Positions 11,057-22,121 of a DNA stretch of 64,000 nucleotides are shown in pieces. Under the pieces are notes generated by a model, which ran no database searches, was not told the origin of the DNA, and saw nothing but the letters and a program-made list of their open reading frames with translations. The stretch covers positions 13,983 to 77,982 of the forward strand of contig JAFGCJ010000002.1 in NCBI GenBank assembly GCA_016932785.1. The letters run 5' to 3'. The DNA is from Candidatus Dojkabacteria bacterium. GTDB taxonomy: Bacteria > Patescibacteriota > Dojkabacteria > SC72 > JAFGCJ01. A program made the position numbers and the translations under genes. How positions within the stretch are numbered: the first letter of the stretch is position 1; every line of letters starts with the position of its first letter.

Positions 11057-11454
11057 TTCCTTTGATTATTGCATCAGTTGTTGCTGTTATACTTATCGTA
11101 GTCTTGGTTCTTTTGGGAGGAAGGCCAAATAAACAGGAAAGGGAAAATATTTACTCTTCTCTTAATGAATGTTTGGCCAAGCGCGGCGGAGGTGACGCTG
11201 AACGGCGGGATTGCATTATAAAGATGGATAACCTGCTTGGAAGAAGCATGAAATATGCCTTAGTCCGTGGTGAGACTGTTGGGGAAAGGTTGAAGAACGC
11301 TAAGACGCTTTTTAATCGTGATGACTACAATGGGATCTGGGAGGCACACAAACTTAGAAATAGAATTGTTCATGAGGATGTTGCTATGGCTAGCGGAGAG
11401 TTTGATCGTGCTGTAAAATATTTTCAACTAGCTATTAGGAGGTTGCTTAAATGA
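11032..11454 (+). CDS. Small N-terminally anchored hypothetical protein
   Basis: TM helix IPLIIASVVAVILIVVLVLLGG. Overlaps the previous gene's end. The true start may be an internal Met. Confidence 0.35.
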   Translation: MAKDKKEMIPLIIASVVAVILIVVLVLLGGRPNKQERENIYSSLNECLAKRGGGDAERRDCIIKMDNLLGRSMKYALVRGETVGERLKNAKTLFNRDDYNGIWEAHKLRNRIVHEDVAMASGEFDRAVKYFQLAIRRLLK

Positions 11455-12140
11455 AGAAAATATTAAATATATTAGTATTAGTGTTCTGCCTGACTTTAGT
11501 GGTTATACCTGTAAACGCTCAGGAGTCAGGTGAGGAAGATCTTCAAGAAGAAGATCTGAATACTGAAAAAAGTGATACCGTTGATAGTCAGAATGATGCT
11601 GATACCGTTGATGCTGAAGAAGATTTGGATTCTGAAGATACTCAGCAAGAGGGTGACTCTGAGGAGAAGGTGGAAACTTTTTTTGAGGTAGAATCTGAGA
11701 TTGGAACGCAGTCGGTTATTACCGGTGAGATTCCAATCTATTTATATCTGCGTCCTAAAATTGATTCTTCAAAAGCTCAACTGGAATGGAGTGTTCCGAG
11801 AGGACTTGAGGCTGGGTCATCAACAGAGGTTTGGTTTGAGATGAAGGAAGATGAGGGCAGAACTTTTGTTTTGTATGTTAAGCCTGAGGAGTCTGGTAAA
11901 TACAAAGTTACAGTGAACGTGACTGCTTGGCGGTATGATACGACGTATTTTGACTCAGCAGATGTAGAATTCGAGGTGGATGATAATCTTCTTGTAACTC
12001 CGCAGTCTGCTGAATATAAAAGAAATAAGATGTTTCTTGCTGTGGGATTAGTCTTGGGGGTTCTGGTTGTACTTTCAGGAAGTTTTTTCCTCATTAAATT
12101 CCTAATTGGAAAATTCAAACAATGGATGGCAGAAGATTAA
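11451..12140 (+). CDS. Secreted acidic protein with C-terminal membrane anchor
   Basis: Signal peptide (ILVLVFCLTLVVIPVNA), D/E-rich region, C-terminal TM (FLAVGLVLGVLVVLSGSFFLI). ATGA overlap with the upstream gene. Confidence 0.4.
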   Translation: MKKILNILVLVFCLTLVVIPVNAQESGEEDLQEEDLNTEKSDTVDSQNDADTVDAEEDLDSEDTQQEGDSEEKVETFFEVESEIGTQSVITGEIPIYLYLRPKIDSSKAQLEWSVPRGLEAGSSTEVWFEMKEDEGRTFVLYVKPEESGKYKVTVNVTAWRYDTTYFDSADVEFEVDDNLLVTPQSAEYKRNKMFLAVGLVLGVLVVLSGSFFLIKFLIGKFKQWMAED

Positions 12141-13093
12141 CAGTAAGAAGACCTTCGATAAAGGATAGGTTTCGTAAAATGTTGAAGAAAATTAGTCTGG
12201 GTAAGATTTTTCTTTTTATAGGTGGGGCGGTTGTCGTTGCCGGGTTCTGTTTCCTTGTTTATTATTTTTATGAAGACATACTTCTTCTTTTCCCTGGTTA
12301 TTACAATAATCGGGAGTACAATTCTTTGACTGCTGATAAAAATGATCTGATAGATGAAAATGCCCTTCTTCTTGAAAAGAATGACGCTTTAAATGAAGAA
12401 ATTTCCCAGCTTGGTACGTCATCTTCTGATTTTCAGAGCAAAGTAGATATAAACTTGGAGGTAACAGAAAATCTGGAAAAAATTGAGAATAACTTGGAGA
12501 AAATTGATGAATACAATGAGAAATTTACGAATATGCGGCTGCCACTGGTTATCGAAAGATATACCAAACTTTCTGCAGAGCTTGATGATGTTAGAAAAGA
12601 TATGATTTCAAAATCTAAGGAGATCGTTGCGGCCAGGATTGAGATGGATGAACTTAATAAGATGAGAGCGGAATTTGATGAATGTCTTGGAAAAATAAAC
12701 TGGAATAAACCCAATTCAGAAATAGCGTCTTCATTAAAAACATGTAATCAGAAGATTGATGACATGCAAAGTGAGATAGATGAGATGGAGAAAGATTACG
12801 ACGTCGAGCTTGATCAGCTCGATAATTACTTCAAAATTCTTGAGGAACAGTGGACTACAAGTGTCTCTTATCATGAAGCTTTGGCAAAAAAGAACTATAC
12901 GGAAGCGAACAAATTTGATTCGATTTATGCCGACAAGAAGAAGATTATCTCAGAAATGGATATTGCAGTGTTTAATGAATTTAATGGAGAAGCAATAGAT
13001 CATCTGATCGATGAATTTGAGAAACTTGCAGAAAAGGAAGTTGAAAAGGAGCAGGAAGCAAATAAGTGGTATGAGGACAATATTAGAAAGTAA
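12122..13093 (+). CDS. N-terminally anchored coiled-coil protein
   Basis: TM helix (IFLFIGGAVVVAGFCFLVYYF) followed by ~250 aa of heptad-like E/K/L/N-rich sequence. Confidence 0.4.
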   Translation: MDGRRLTVRRPSIKDRFRKMLKKISLGKIFLFIGGAVVVAGFCFLVYYFYEDILLLFPGYYNNREYNSLTADKNDLIDENALLLEKNDALNEEISQLGTSSSDFQSKVDINLEVTENLEKIENNLEKIDEYNEKFTNMRLPLVIERYTKLSAELDDVRKDMISKSKEIVAARIEMDELNKMRAEFDECLGKINWNKPNSEIASSLKTCNQKIDDMQSEIDEMEKDYDVELDQLDNYFKILEEQWTTSVSYHEALAKKNYTEANKFDSIYADKKKIISEMDIAVFNEFNGEAIDHLIDEFEKLAEKEVEKEQEANKWYEDNIRK

Positions 13094-13103
13094 CAGACTG
13101 AGA

Positions 13104-15014
13104 CTATATATCTTTATCTTTCACCCCGACTTTTTTAAGAGTGGCCAGGCAATCTGTAACATCAACTTTTAGAACTACATCCCCTAGCCCGTCCGTTGTT
13201 CCTAGTTTTGCAGATTCGATGAAAAGCCATAAGAGAATTGTTCTGGCATCTTTGCTTTCCATCCACTCTTTTCCGAATCTCTTCTGAATTGCTGCCTTTA
13301 TGGACATTTCTTTTGGTTTTGCATTTGCTTTGGAAGTACTTTTGGACTGGTCTTTTCTTACTATAAAGCTTCTTATATATCTCAATCCGTCGTCGGGACT
13401 GGGCGGACTTACTCTGTAGGAATAACCTGAGTCCTTTGACGAAACCTTGAGTCCCCTTTCCCTCCAGTCTTTTTCTTTTTCCCCAAGCTCCCATTTGGTT
13501 CTCCAGAGGAATTCTTCCTTGAGGTCACCTCTTTCCCCTTTGTCCCAGAGTTCGTCAAATTTCTTTCTTAGTAGAATTTGGGAGCGTGAAAATGGGGCCT
13601 GAGATCTGGTAACCCACGCTGAGAATAAATTGGGAAACTCTTTTCCATGGTATTTTTTCTTGTACGGAAGTTTGACCTTGCTGTAGAAATAGTCTTGAAC
13701 AATTTGTGTGTATACTTCTTGTACAGATTGGGCTACTCTTTTTTGGGTTCCCTCCGGTAAAACGGATGATTTTTCAGCCATTTCAATTAAAGTGTTAAAT
13801 ACTGCGTGTATTGATTCGTGTGCAAGTGTCGGGAGGTATTCGTCAAGAAGGTTGATCCGCGGTGTCATATATATAACTATTATTGATTCCCCGCTACTAT
13901 TTTTTGTTGTAGATTGAAGCGCTCTGGTCGCAGACGCCGGATGGGTAGGATTAAGTATTACATTTCGCGGGGATCTTTTCTTTGCAAGAGGGAGATAGTC
14001 ATAAAGAATCTCCTCCGCTTTCTTGATCATTTCCTTAAGCTCTTTTTCGGATCGTAGCCTTTTAGGACGTTTCTTCCTTCGTGCTTCTTCGGCGATAAGA
14101 TCACTGCTGTATATTACCCCAGTCTTTTTGTATCTGGAATAGGTTTGCGGTGCCTCATCTTCCATATGTTTTAGCATCTCTTTTGTTAGTTCTTTATCGA
14201 AAAGAAACTTTTCGAGCCCTTGAATTGTCTTCTGATGGTCAGGATAATCATAGAATTTGAGATAGCTGTCAATGTCTAGTCCAATTTCTCTGATGTCCTT
14301 CCATATTTCCCAGGCGATTTTTATTGCCATGAAATCAAGAGTCTCGTCTCTGGAGAGTATTCCAAGAATTTTTAGCATCTCATCCCGTAGGTCGTCAGGA
14401 ATGTCGCATGTATAGAAATAGTCTGTTATAAGTCCAGGACGTCCTCCTGTAAGCTTGTCGTATTTCTTTTTTAATTTGGTATAGTCTTCATTGTTAAATC
14501 TGGCATATTCTTTGATTGCGTAATCTACCCGGTTTAAAATATAGTCTGTGGGATCGACCTTGCCATCGTCTCTTTCTTCTTCTGTCCTTCCGGCAAGAGT
14601 ATCGGCGAGTCTCATGGGCTCAGTATCGTATCTTGCATTGATTGCGCAATCCAGAAGATAACGTGCGGATCTTCCCAGTTGGTCTTTGTAATCGGATTTT
14701 CTTAGTTTATTCCAATAAGTGTAGCTGTCTTTGAGGACCTGTTTAATGAAGGGATACTTTTCTTTGTAGGATTTGGGGAGGGATTTTACTTTCGTTTGGT
14801 AGGGTTTTCTTTGTGGATGGTATCGTAATTCTTGCCACTTTTTTTTGTTCAGGACTGCGTCGTATCTTATGGAAACAAGGTCCCACTGTTCTTCGGAGAC
14901 GTCTGTGAGATCGAGTAGAAGTTCCAGCCATTCTTTTCTGAAGTTTTTCTTGCCGTCACGAAGGTATTTCAGCTCACTTTGGTATTTTCTTGCAAGGGTT
15001 TGCACGAGTTTCAT
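13104..15014 (-). CDS. Large hypothetical protein (636 aa) with possible HExxH zinc-metallopeptidase motif
   Basis: LAHESIHAVFNTL contains HExxH. No other recognisable domain. Low-complexity basic C-terminal region. Confidence 0.35.
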   Translation of the reverse strand: MKLVQTLARKYQSELKYLRDGKKNFRKEWLELLLDLTDVSEEQWDLVSIRYDAVLNKKKWQELRYHPQRKPYQTKVKSLPKSYKEKYPFIKQVLKDSYTYWNKLRKSDYKDQLGRSARYLLDCAINARYDTEPMRLADTLAGRTEEERDDGKVDPTDYILNRVDYAIKEYARFNNEDYTKLKKKYDKLTGGRPGLITDYFYTCDIPDDLRDEMLKILGILSRDETLDFMAIKIAWEIWKDIREIGLDIDSYLKFYDYPDHQKTIQGLEKFLFDKELTKEMLKHMEDEAPQTYSRYKKTGVIYSSDLIAEEARRKKRPKRLRSEKELKEMIKKAEEILYDYLPLAKKRSPRNVILNPTHPASATRALQSTTKNSSGESIIVIYMTPRINLLDEYLPTLAHESIHAVFNTLIEMAEKSSVLPEGTQKRVAQSVQEVYTQIVQDYFYSKVKLPYKKKYHGKEFPNLFSAWVTRSQAPFSRSQILLRKKFDELWDKGERGDLKEEFLWRTKWELGEKEKDWRERGLKVSSKDSGYSYRVSPPSPDDGLRYIRSFIVRKDQSKSTSKANAKPKEMSIKAAIQKRFGKEWMESKDARTILLWLFIESAKLGTTDGLGDVVLKVDVTDCLATLKKVGVKDKDI

Positions 15015-15021
15015 TTGCCTA

Positions 15022-17943
15022 TTATTTAAGATGCTTTTTCAACGATTGACCAGTATGGCTTCTTTTAACTTTGATTAGATCTTCAACTGTTCCCTGGGCT
15101 ACGATTTCTCCGCCCTTCTCACCGCCTTCCGGTCCAAGATCTATTATCCAGTCAGATGATTTTATCACATCGAGATTGTGTTCGATCAGTATTACGGTGT
15201 GTCCTTGATCCACCAGACGGTGTAAAACCTGAATAAGCTTATCTACATCATGAAAGTGGAGACCGGTAGTAGGCTCATCCAGAAGATATACAGTATGCCC
15301 TCTTGGAACTTTTGAGAGCTCTGTTGCGAGCTTGATTCTCTGCGCTTCACCGCCTGAGAGGGTTGTGGCAGGTTGTCCTAATCTGATGTAGCCTAGTCCG
15401 ACATCGACCAGAGTGTCAAGCCTTCTTTTTACTCTTCCAAAGCTGCTGAAGAAATCCTGTGCTTCGGTAACAGTCATGTCAAGAACGTCCGAGATGTTCT
15501 TACCCTTGAAATCTACCTGAAGAACTTCTCGGTTATACCTTTTTCCATCGCATTCCTCACATTTTACGTACATGTCAGGAAGAAACTGCATCTCAATTTT
15601 TATTGCTCCGTCGCCCTTGCAGGTTTCACATCTTCCACCCTTGACATTAAAGCTGAATCTTCCAGGTTTATATCCCCTGGCCCGAGCTTCCTGTGTTTGG
15701 GAGAATAACTCACGTATTGGTGTGAATAGTCCTGTGTAAGTTGCCGGGTTGGAGCGCGGGGTTCTACCTATTGGGGATTGATCTATATTTATAACTTTAG
15801 TTATATTCTCTATTCCCTCAAAGGAGTCATGTTTTCCCGGTATTTGTTTACCATTTTGCAGCTCGTTAACGAGAATCTTGTATAGAGTGTCATTTACAAG
15901 TGTTGATTTGCCGCTTCCTGATACTCCGGTTACGCTGATCATCTTCCCAAGAGGGAATTCGGCTGTGATTTTCTTGAGGTTGTGCTCCTTGGCGCCTATT
16001 ATTGTGAACTTATTAATGCTTTTAGACTCCCTTCTATCTGGTCTATGGACCTCAAGTTTACCGGAAAGATATTTACCAGTCAGAGATTTGGGATCCTTTT
16101 CTATTTGCTTTGGAGTGCCCTCGGATACGATCTTTCCTCCATGTTCTCCAGCACCCGGTCCCATATCGATAATCCAGTCTGCTGTTCTCATTGTCTCTTC
16201 GTCGTGTTCGACTACAATTACTGTATTTCCGAGTTCACGGAGACCGGTAAGTGTATCGAGTAGCCGTCCCATGTCTCTGTCGTGAAGTCCGATCGAGGGC
16301 TCGTCTAGCACGTAAAGAACTCCGGTAAGGCCGGTTCCTATTTGGGAAGCAAGTCGGATTCTTTGTGCTTCGCCTCCTGATAATGTGTTGGCCTTTCGGG
16401 AAAGATTAAGATATTCGAGTCCAACGTTCTGCAGGAAGCTGAGTCTTAATGAAATCTCTTTTAGAATAGGTTTCGCAATGACTTTTTTCTGTGAGGATAG
16501 ATCTAGTTTTTTGATCCATTCCTGAAGATCCTTAATTGTCATGTCTTGAGTCTCAGAGATATTCTTTTTACCTACTGTTACGGCGAGGCTTGTAGGTCTA
16601 AGTCTCTTTCCCTCACACTCCTCGCAGAGAATATCTCGCATGTATTTTTCGTACTCATTTCTTGCATACTCAGAGTTTGTCTCACTGTATCGACGTTCAA
16701 TTTCGGGTATAACTCCTTCGTATTCTGTTTCATAGACCTGTTTTTTCCCAAATCTGTTCACGTACTCGATTGCGTATGGTGGTTTGCTGCCCTTTCCATA
16801 GAATATAAGGTCGAAGATTTCCTGGGGTAATTCCCCTATTGGTGTTCTTAAATTGAATCTGTGTTTTTTTGACACCGCCTCGAGTTTGCGGAGGGTCCAT
16901 GAGTCGGTTGTTGTCTTATTAGACCATGGGAATATGCCGCCTTCGGTGATGGACAGGTTGGGATTGTAAACAAGTTCGATTGCGACTCTTTTGATCTCTC
17001 CCAGGCCGCTGCAGTTTGGGCAGGCACCATGTGGCGAGTTAAAGGAAAATGAGTGCGGCTCGAGTTTTGGGAATGAAATGTCGCATACCGGACAACTGTT
17101 GTTCTCTGAATAAAAGAACTCTCTATCGTTGATAATAATCAGGGCTTCTCCTTCTGCGTTGTTGAGTGCCACCTCTAGTGAATCTGTTAATCTTTTCTTT
17201 GTGTCTTCTTTTTTCTCTTGGTTAGATGTTTTGCTGTATGTTAGACGATCAACAATTATTTCTATTGTATGCTTTTGGAACTTCTTAAGCTTAATGTCCT
17301 CTTCAAGGTTTCTTGTGTCGCCATCTACTCTTACCCTTATAAATCCCTTGGATAGTAAGCTGTCAAAAAGGTCTGAATATTCTCCTTTCCGTCCTTTCAC
17401 AATTGGTGAAAGGACTTGAACTTTAGCCTCGCCAGTTTTCTCTAGTCTTTGCAGAATGCTGTCTGTAATCTGCTGAACTGACTGTGCCTTTACCGGTTTT
17501 CCGCATTTGGGACAGTGAGGAATACCTATTCTTGCGTAGAGTAATCTCATGTAGTCGTTTATTTCAGTAATGGTTCCTACCGTTGATCTTGGGTTACGAC
17601 CAGCAGTCTTTTGGTCGATTGATATTGCCGGTGAAAGTCCTGTAATTAGGTCAACATCAGGCTTCTCCATGAGCTCGAGGAATTGTCTTGCGTAGGAAGA
17701 TAAAGACTCGACATATCTTCTCTGACCCTCTGCATAAAGAGTGTCAAAGGCAAGAGAGGACTTTCCACTTCCTGATACACCTGTTAAAACAACAAATTTG
17801 AATTTGGGTATCTTTACATTGATATTCTTTAGATTGTGTACACGTGCCCCTTTGATGAAAATCTCTTCATCACCGTGATTTATCGCAGAGGAAGCTTTAG
17901 TTTCGGCTTTTATTCGGTTGCTTTGGGTCTTTATTTTTGCCAT
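15022..17943 (-). CDS. uvrA: Excinuclease ABC subunit A (UvrA)
   Basis: Two ABC ATPase modules ([35 protein letters not shown]; second Walker [11 protein letters not shown]). Zinc-finger CxxC pairs. 973 aa. Confidence 0.9.
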   Translation of the reverse strand: MAKIKTQSNRIKAETKASSAINHGDEEIFIKGARVHNLKNINVKIPKFKFVVLTGVSGSGKSSLAFDTLYAEGQRRYVESLSSYARQFLELMEKPDVDLITGLSPAISIDQKTAGRNPRSTVGTITEINDYMRLLYARIGIPHCPKCGKPVKAQSVQQITDSILQRLEKTGEAKVQVLSPIVKGRKGEYSDLFDSLLSKGFIRVRVDGDTRNLEEDIKLKKFQKHTIEIIVDRLTYSKTSNQEKKEDTKKRLTDSLEVALNNAEGEALIIINDREFFYSENNSCPVCDISFPKLEPHSFSFNSPHGACPNCSGLGEIKRVAIELVYNPNLSITEGGIFPWSNKTTTDSWTLRKLEAVSKKHRFNLRTPIGELPQEIFDLIFYGKGSKPPYAIEYVNRFGKKQVYETEYEGVIPEIERRYSETNSEYARNEYEKYMRDILCEECEGKRLRPTSLAVTVGKKNISETQDMTIKDLQEWIKKLDLSSQKKVIAKPILKEISLRLSFLQNVGLEYLNLSRKANTLSGGEAQRIRLASQIGTGLTGVLYVLDEPSIGLHDRDMGRLLDTLTGLRELGNTVIVVEHDEETMRTADWIIDMGPGAGEHGGKIVSEGTPKQIEKDPKSLTGKYLSGKLEVHRPDRRESKSINKFTIIGAKEHNLKKITAEFPLGKMISVTGVSGSGKSTLVNDTLYKILVNELQNGKQIPGKHDSFEGIENITKVINIDQSPIGRTPRSNPATYTGLFTPIRELFSQTQEARARGYKPGRFSFNVKGGRCETCKGDGAIKIEMQFLPDMYVKCEECDGKRYNREVLQVDFKGKNISDVLDMTVTEAQDFFSSFGRVKRRLDTLVDVGLGYIRLGQPATTLSGGEAQRIKLATELSKVPRGHTVYLLDEPTTGLHFHDVDKLIQVLHRLVDQGHTVILIEHNLDVIKSSDWIIDLGPEGGEKGGEIVAQGTVEDLIKVKRSHTGQSLKKHLK

Positions 17944-17985
17944 TTGATTTATTTTAGGTCACAAATAAGTTATTTTAACAGAAGA

Positions 17986-18330
17986 TTATTGTTTTGGGGA
18001 AGGATCGGAGGACTGTATTCTTTCCTGAGGAATCTTTAGATAGTCCTGTATTTTATGGATTTCTGATAGCAGTTTTATTACTACCTGTTCCATCGCGGCG
18101 ATTCTTGTTTCAAGTTTGTACTCATTTGCATTGCTTTGGATAAAATAGTCAAGAGGTTTATTCAGTTCTTCAGCGATTCTTACAAGTGTCTCCAATGGAG
18201 GAATTGTACGTCCGGCTTCATATGCGCTGACCGCTTTGTCTGAAAGGCCTAGGGCCATCCCGAGATCCTTCTGGGAAATTGCCTGAGACTCTCTCGCATC
18301 TCTGATTTTAGTCCCTATTTCTTCAAGCAT
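17986..18330 (-). CDS. XRE-family helix-turn-helix transcriptional regulator
   Basis: ISQKDLGMALGLSDKAVSAYEAGRTIPPLETLVRIAEEL is a classic Cro/C1-type HTH. Confidence 0.6.
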   Translation of the reverse strand: MLEEIGTKIRDARESQAISQKDLGMALGLSDKAVSAYEAGRTIPPLETLVRIAEELNKPLDYFIQSNANEYKLETRIAAMEQVVIKLLSEIHKIQDYLKIPQERIQSSDPSPKQ

Positions 18331-18373
18331 GTATAGCGAGATTATACATAAACTACACTGGTATTAAAAGTGT

Positions 18374-19450
18374 TTAAAAAAATCTAGATAAAATATCTGC
18401 GACAAATCCTTTTGTTCTGCTACTTGTTGATGGTTGCTGCGGTTGTATCTGATCGGTAAATGTAGCCTTCGGCGGCTCCGGCGGGGGCATTTTTTCAGAT
18501 GTCAGTTCTGTTTGAGGTGGTTGAGTCTGTAGGGTTGGTTGGTCTGTTTGTGCAGGCTGCAATGTCTGAGGTGTTGGTTGGTTGGCTTGCATGTCCTGTG
18601 TCGGTTGTTGAGCTTGCTCAGTAGACGGCAGCTGTGGTGTAGGTTCTGCTGGTGCTGTTGTTTGCTGCGGTTGTAACCTTGTCGGCTGTGGTTTTGGTAA
18701 AAGATCTCTTTCCTCTCTTATCTTTTGGAGGTACTCGTTTTTTTCCTTTAGTAAATCGTTTAGCTCTCTGAATTCTTCAAGCTGATCTTTGATTTGTGTC
18801 TCGAGCATCTTACATCTAGATTGGAGTTGATCGCTTTGCGACTTAATTTTATTAAATTCTTGACCTTTTTCTATGAGTTCTTTATGTTCAGCCGAAGTTA
18901 ATAGTTGCTTCTTTATTTGCTCTTCATCAAGAGTGCTATATTTATAGTAGTTTATGTCTCTTGTATCCGGTTCTCTTCCCAACACTTCACTGTAAACAGT
19001 TTTTATCATCTGAATTCTCTCTTCAGGGGTGAGCCTTTTTTGCTGCTGTTGTTGACCATACATTCCGTTCATTCCTCCGAGATCTCCATATCCGCCAAAT
19101 CCTCCGTATGATCCGAATTCTCCAGGACTTCCATATTGATTTCCTCCTGTTTGCCAGGGGTTTTGTGTTGGCTGGGGAGGTTGTGCAGGCGGATTTGATT
19201 GTCGAGCTGATGAGCTGGAAGTTTGTTGTTGAGTGTTTTGAGTTTGCTTGGTTGTATTTGATTTTGGAGTGTCGGTCGGGATTTTGGCGATAGGTTTATC
19301 AGTTATCTTTGACTGAGATTTATGTGACTGAACTGGCGATTTAGTAGGATCGTTCTTTACGACCTTTTGATCATTATGTTTCTTCAAAGGAATAGTTTTG
19401 GGCTGTGCTGTATTGTTAGATCCCGTCTGTGATAGTGTTATTTCTGGCAT
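18374..19450 (-). CDS. Low-complexity Q/P/T-rich protein with central DUF4214-like and coiled-coil region
   Basis: TPEERIQMIKTVYSEVLGREPDTRDINYYK resembles the DUF4214 core. Flanks are Q/P/T-rich with G/Y/F repeats (GSYGGFGGYGDLGG). Confidence 0.35.
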   Translation of the reverse strand: MPEITLSQTGSNNTAQPKTIPLKKHNDQKVVKNDPTKSPVQSHKSQSKITDKPIAKIPTDTPKSNTTKQTQNTQQQTSSSSARQSNPPAQPPQPTQNPWQTGGNQYGSPGEFGSYGGFGGYGDLGGMNGMYGQQQQQKRLTPEERIQMIKTVYSEVLGREPDTRDINYYKYSTLDEEQIKKQLLTSAEHKELIEKGQEFNKIKSQSDQLQSRCKMLETQIKDQLEEFRELNDLLKEKNEYLQKIREERDLLPKPQPTRLQPQQTTAPAEPTPQLPSTEQAQQPTQDMQANQPTPQTLQPAQTDQPTLQTQPPQTELTSEKMPPPEPPKATFTDQIQPQQPSTSSRTKGFVADILSRFF

Positions 19451-19565
19451 AGTTGAGTGTTAGAGCTCTATAATGCTTATAATTGTACATTATGCTGGGT
19501 CGATTGTGAATGATAGGTTTTTGTTTCTAAGCAGGGAGCCTTGGTGGTCTTTTATTTTATGGATA

Positions 19566-20048
19566 CTATCCGAGTACCCCCTTATAAAAGCCTCCTATAC
19601 CAGCCATTAGGCAAATCTCTCCGGTGTGAAGCATAATTTGAGTGATCCCTTGCCATAATGCTAACTCCTTTGTCATCTCTTGTCCCCACTCGGTCTTGAT
19701 TGTGGTGTTGAGATCTTCGATGCTTAAATTTTCTATCTGAGAATTAGTCTGATCCAAGTTCTCCTGGATCATTTCAAGTGCCTGTTTAATTGTTTTTATT
19801 GTTGGCTCATCATAGTTTTCAATGCTCTTTCCCTCAGCGAGGTGTCCTATAAAGTAATATCTTTCGGTAGTTAATGTATGCGATATTACCTGGGCTATGT
19901 TTCTGTCGTATTCTTTTACCATATGTTTGAGATTTTGGTCTAGAAAGCTTTCAACTACCGAGTAAAGCTGACTGTGTACGTCATTGTTAACTTGAAGCAG
20001 CGATCTGTACGGATATTCTTTGGAAGAGACGTCTGGGGTGTTGAGCAT
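19566..20048 (-). CDS. DinB/YfiT-like (DinB_2 superfamily) four-helix-bundle putative metal-dependent protein
   Basis: Spaced His residues (ISHTL...; IMLHTGEI) in a 160 aa helical protein. Weak family assignment. Confidence 0.3.
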   Translation of the reverse strand: MLNTPDVSSKEYPYRSLLQVNNDVHSQLYSVVESFLDQNLKHMVKEYDRNIAQVISHTLTTERYYFIGHLAEGKSIENYDEPTIKTIKQALEMIQENLDQTNSQIENLSIEDLNTTIKTEWGQEMTKELALWQGITQIMLHTGEICLMAGIGGFYKGVLG

Positions 20049-20176
20049 TTAGGGCAAGGCTAAACTTAGTGTTGAAATATTATCCATAATTGTACAACAC
20101 TGTTGATTGAACGTTAATGTTGATTATATCGAATAGGCTTGAAATCTTGTATGATGCAGCCGAGGGTTATCAGATA

Positions 20177-20887
20177 TTACAGAACAATCTTCTCAAGCTT
20201 CTCGATGACGGTCTCAGCATTATCGAAAATTGTCCAATTTCGTTCTCGAGATATCCTCATCATGTCAGGATGATGGTCATTCTTTAAGACAAAGGCATGG
20301 TTCATTAGTTCAAGCATATGAATGTCTCCAGTGCTGTCACCGAAACCGACAGAAAAATAATCTTTCTGTTTTCCTGTTAGTTCATCTATGATCTTTACTT
20401 TCTCGTGTTCGTTTAGGATATGCGGGTTTTGACCTGTGAAAATACCATTCTGGGTTAAAATTTTTGTTGCAAATACGTTGTTTGCATCAAGTAGCTCTGA
20501 CACTTCTTTTACTACAGTATCTGGTCCAGCTGACACTAGAGTTATTTCGAAGTTGTTTTCCCGAAGATGATCGATTACCGGTTTGACCCATTCAAAGAAT
20601 ATCTGTGTTTTCCTCTGTAGTAGGTCTTTTACAGTCTGAGATACATAATCAACTGTTTTTCCCTGTAGTGATTCTGAGAAAAGGTTAAGCGTGCCTTCTG
20701 TTATCGTGGCGTAGTTGATCTCACCCTTTTGATATTTGTTTGCTAGTTTTTTAAACTCATCAGTAAGTCTTTGCGGTGAGGATTTCTCTTTCACTAGATA
20801 AAAGAGAAGCTCTGAAGCTGTATAGCCGTTATAAATAGTATTATCTACATCGAAAAAGGCATGTCGTTTAGTTTTTGTGGGTGTCAT
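20177..20887 (-). CDS. HAD-superfamily subfamily IB phosphatase (phosphoserine phosphatase-like)
   Basis: Motif I FFDVDNTIY (DxDxT). Motif IV GFGDSTGDIHMLE. Confidence 0.6.
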   Translation of the reverse strand: MTPTKTKRHAFFDVDNTIYNGYTASELLFYLVKEKSSPQRLTDEFKKLANKYQKGEINYATITEGTLNLFSESLQGKTVDYVSQTVKDLLQRKTQIFFEWVKPVIDHLRENNFEITLVSAGPDTVVKEVSELLDANNVFATKILTQNGIFTGQNPHILNEHEKVKIIDELTGKQKDYFSVGFGDSTGDIHMLELMNHAFVLKNDHHPDMMRISRERNWTIFDNAETVIEKLEKIVL

Positions 20888-20956
20888 AGTCGATAGCTGA
20901 GAGATTATGATAAGAAATGTCGTGCTGTCTGTTATTCGGCAGTCTCTAATCTAGGT

Positions 20957-21033
<77 letters not shown>

Positions 21034-21065
21034 TACAGAGAGCATTATATCATTGGATTTTCTGA

Positions 21066-22121
21066 TTACCAAGTTTCTATTATTCCTCCGCCGAGAACCA
21101 TTTCTTTGTCAAATATTACTAGAGATTGTCCTGGTGTTGGTGCCCACAGAGGTTTAAGGAACTTGATTTTTGAGTCAGCAATTTTACATGGGACAGGGAT
21201 TTGTCTGTATCTTGTTGAGGCTGATATAGAAGCAGAAATACTTGGGGTCTTGTTAATCCAGGTTAGTTGATCAACAGCAACTGTGTCGCTGAATAGTGAT
21301 GGGTTTTCTTTTCCCTTTGCGACGTAGAGTGTATTTGATTTTGCATCTATTTTGGCCACGAAGTACGGTTGTTCGGTTCCCCCTACTCTTATTCCTTCCC
21401 TTTGACCGAGAGTAAAATTCCAGACACCTTGGTGTGCTCCTACCTCTTTTTTTGTATCAATGTCTATTATTCTTCCTTGATGTGGAGCTAAGTCTTCTAA
21501 GAGAGTATTGTTGAGCTTGTTTCTCTTCAAGAAGCATATATCTTGACTCTCATCTCTGGCTTTAACTGGTAGGTTTTTCTGCGTTGCTATTTTCTTTACA
21601 TTCTCCTTGGTTAAGTCTCCTACGGGAAATATGGTTTTCGATAACTGTTTTTGTGTTATTCGGTAGAGAAAATATGATTGATCTTTTTTTGGGTCCAATC
21701 CTCTTAGTAAATCGAAAGAACCGGTCTTGTTTGTCCTTTTTCTTGCGTAGTGTCCTGTGGCAATATATTCGGCTCCGGTTTCCAGGGCTTTATCAAATAG
21801 TAATCCAAATTTGATTTTTTCGTTGCACAGCACGCAGGGATTGGGTGTTCTTCCCCGGCTGTATTCTGAAATAAAGTTTTCTACAATTTTGGCTTGAAAT
21901 TCTTTGGACAGATCGATTGTCTTTAGCGGAACTTTTAGAAAATCACATACCTTTTGGGCATTCTCTTTATCTTCTTGACTTGTGTATCCGGTCTCCATAA
22001 AAAGTCCTGTGACAATGAAGCCGGCATCTTTTAGTAGGTATGCTGATGTTGAGCTATCTATTCCTCCTGACATTGCAACAAATACGTTAGATTGTTTTGA
22101 AATTGATAAATCTGTCATCAT
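21066..22121 (-). CDS. mnmA: tRNA-specific 2-thiouridylase MnmA
   Basis: PP-loop SGGIDSS near the N-terminus. Conserved MnmA blocks (GHYAR, CFL). 351 aa. Confidence 0.85.
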   Translation of the reverse strand: MMTDLSISKQSNVFVAMSGGIDSSTSAYLLKDAGFIVTGLFMETGYTSQEDKENAQKVCDFLKVPLKTIDLSKEFQAKIVENFISEYSRGRTPNPCVLCNEKIKFGLLFDKALETGAEYIATGHYARKRTNKTGSFDLLRGLDPKKDQSYFLYRITQKQLSKTIFPVGDLTKENVKKIATQKNLPVKARDESQDICFLKRNKLNNTLLEDLAPHQGRIIDIDTKKEVGAHQGVWNFTLGQREGIRVGGTEQPYFVAKIDAKSNTLYVAKGKENPSLFSDTVAVDQLTWINKTPSISASISASTRYRQIPVPCKIADSKIKFLKPLWAPTPGQSLVIFDKEMVLGGGIIETW

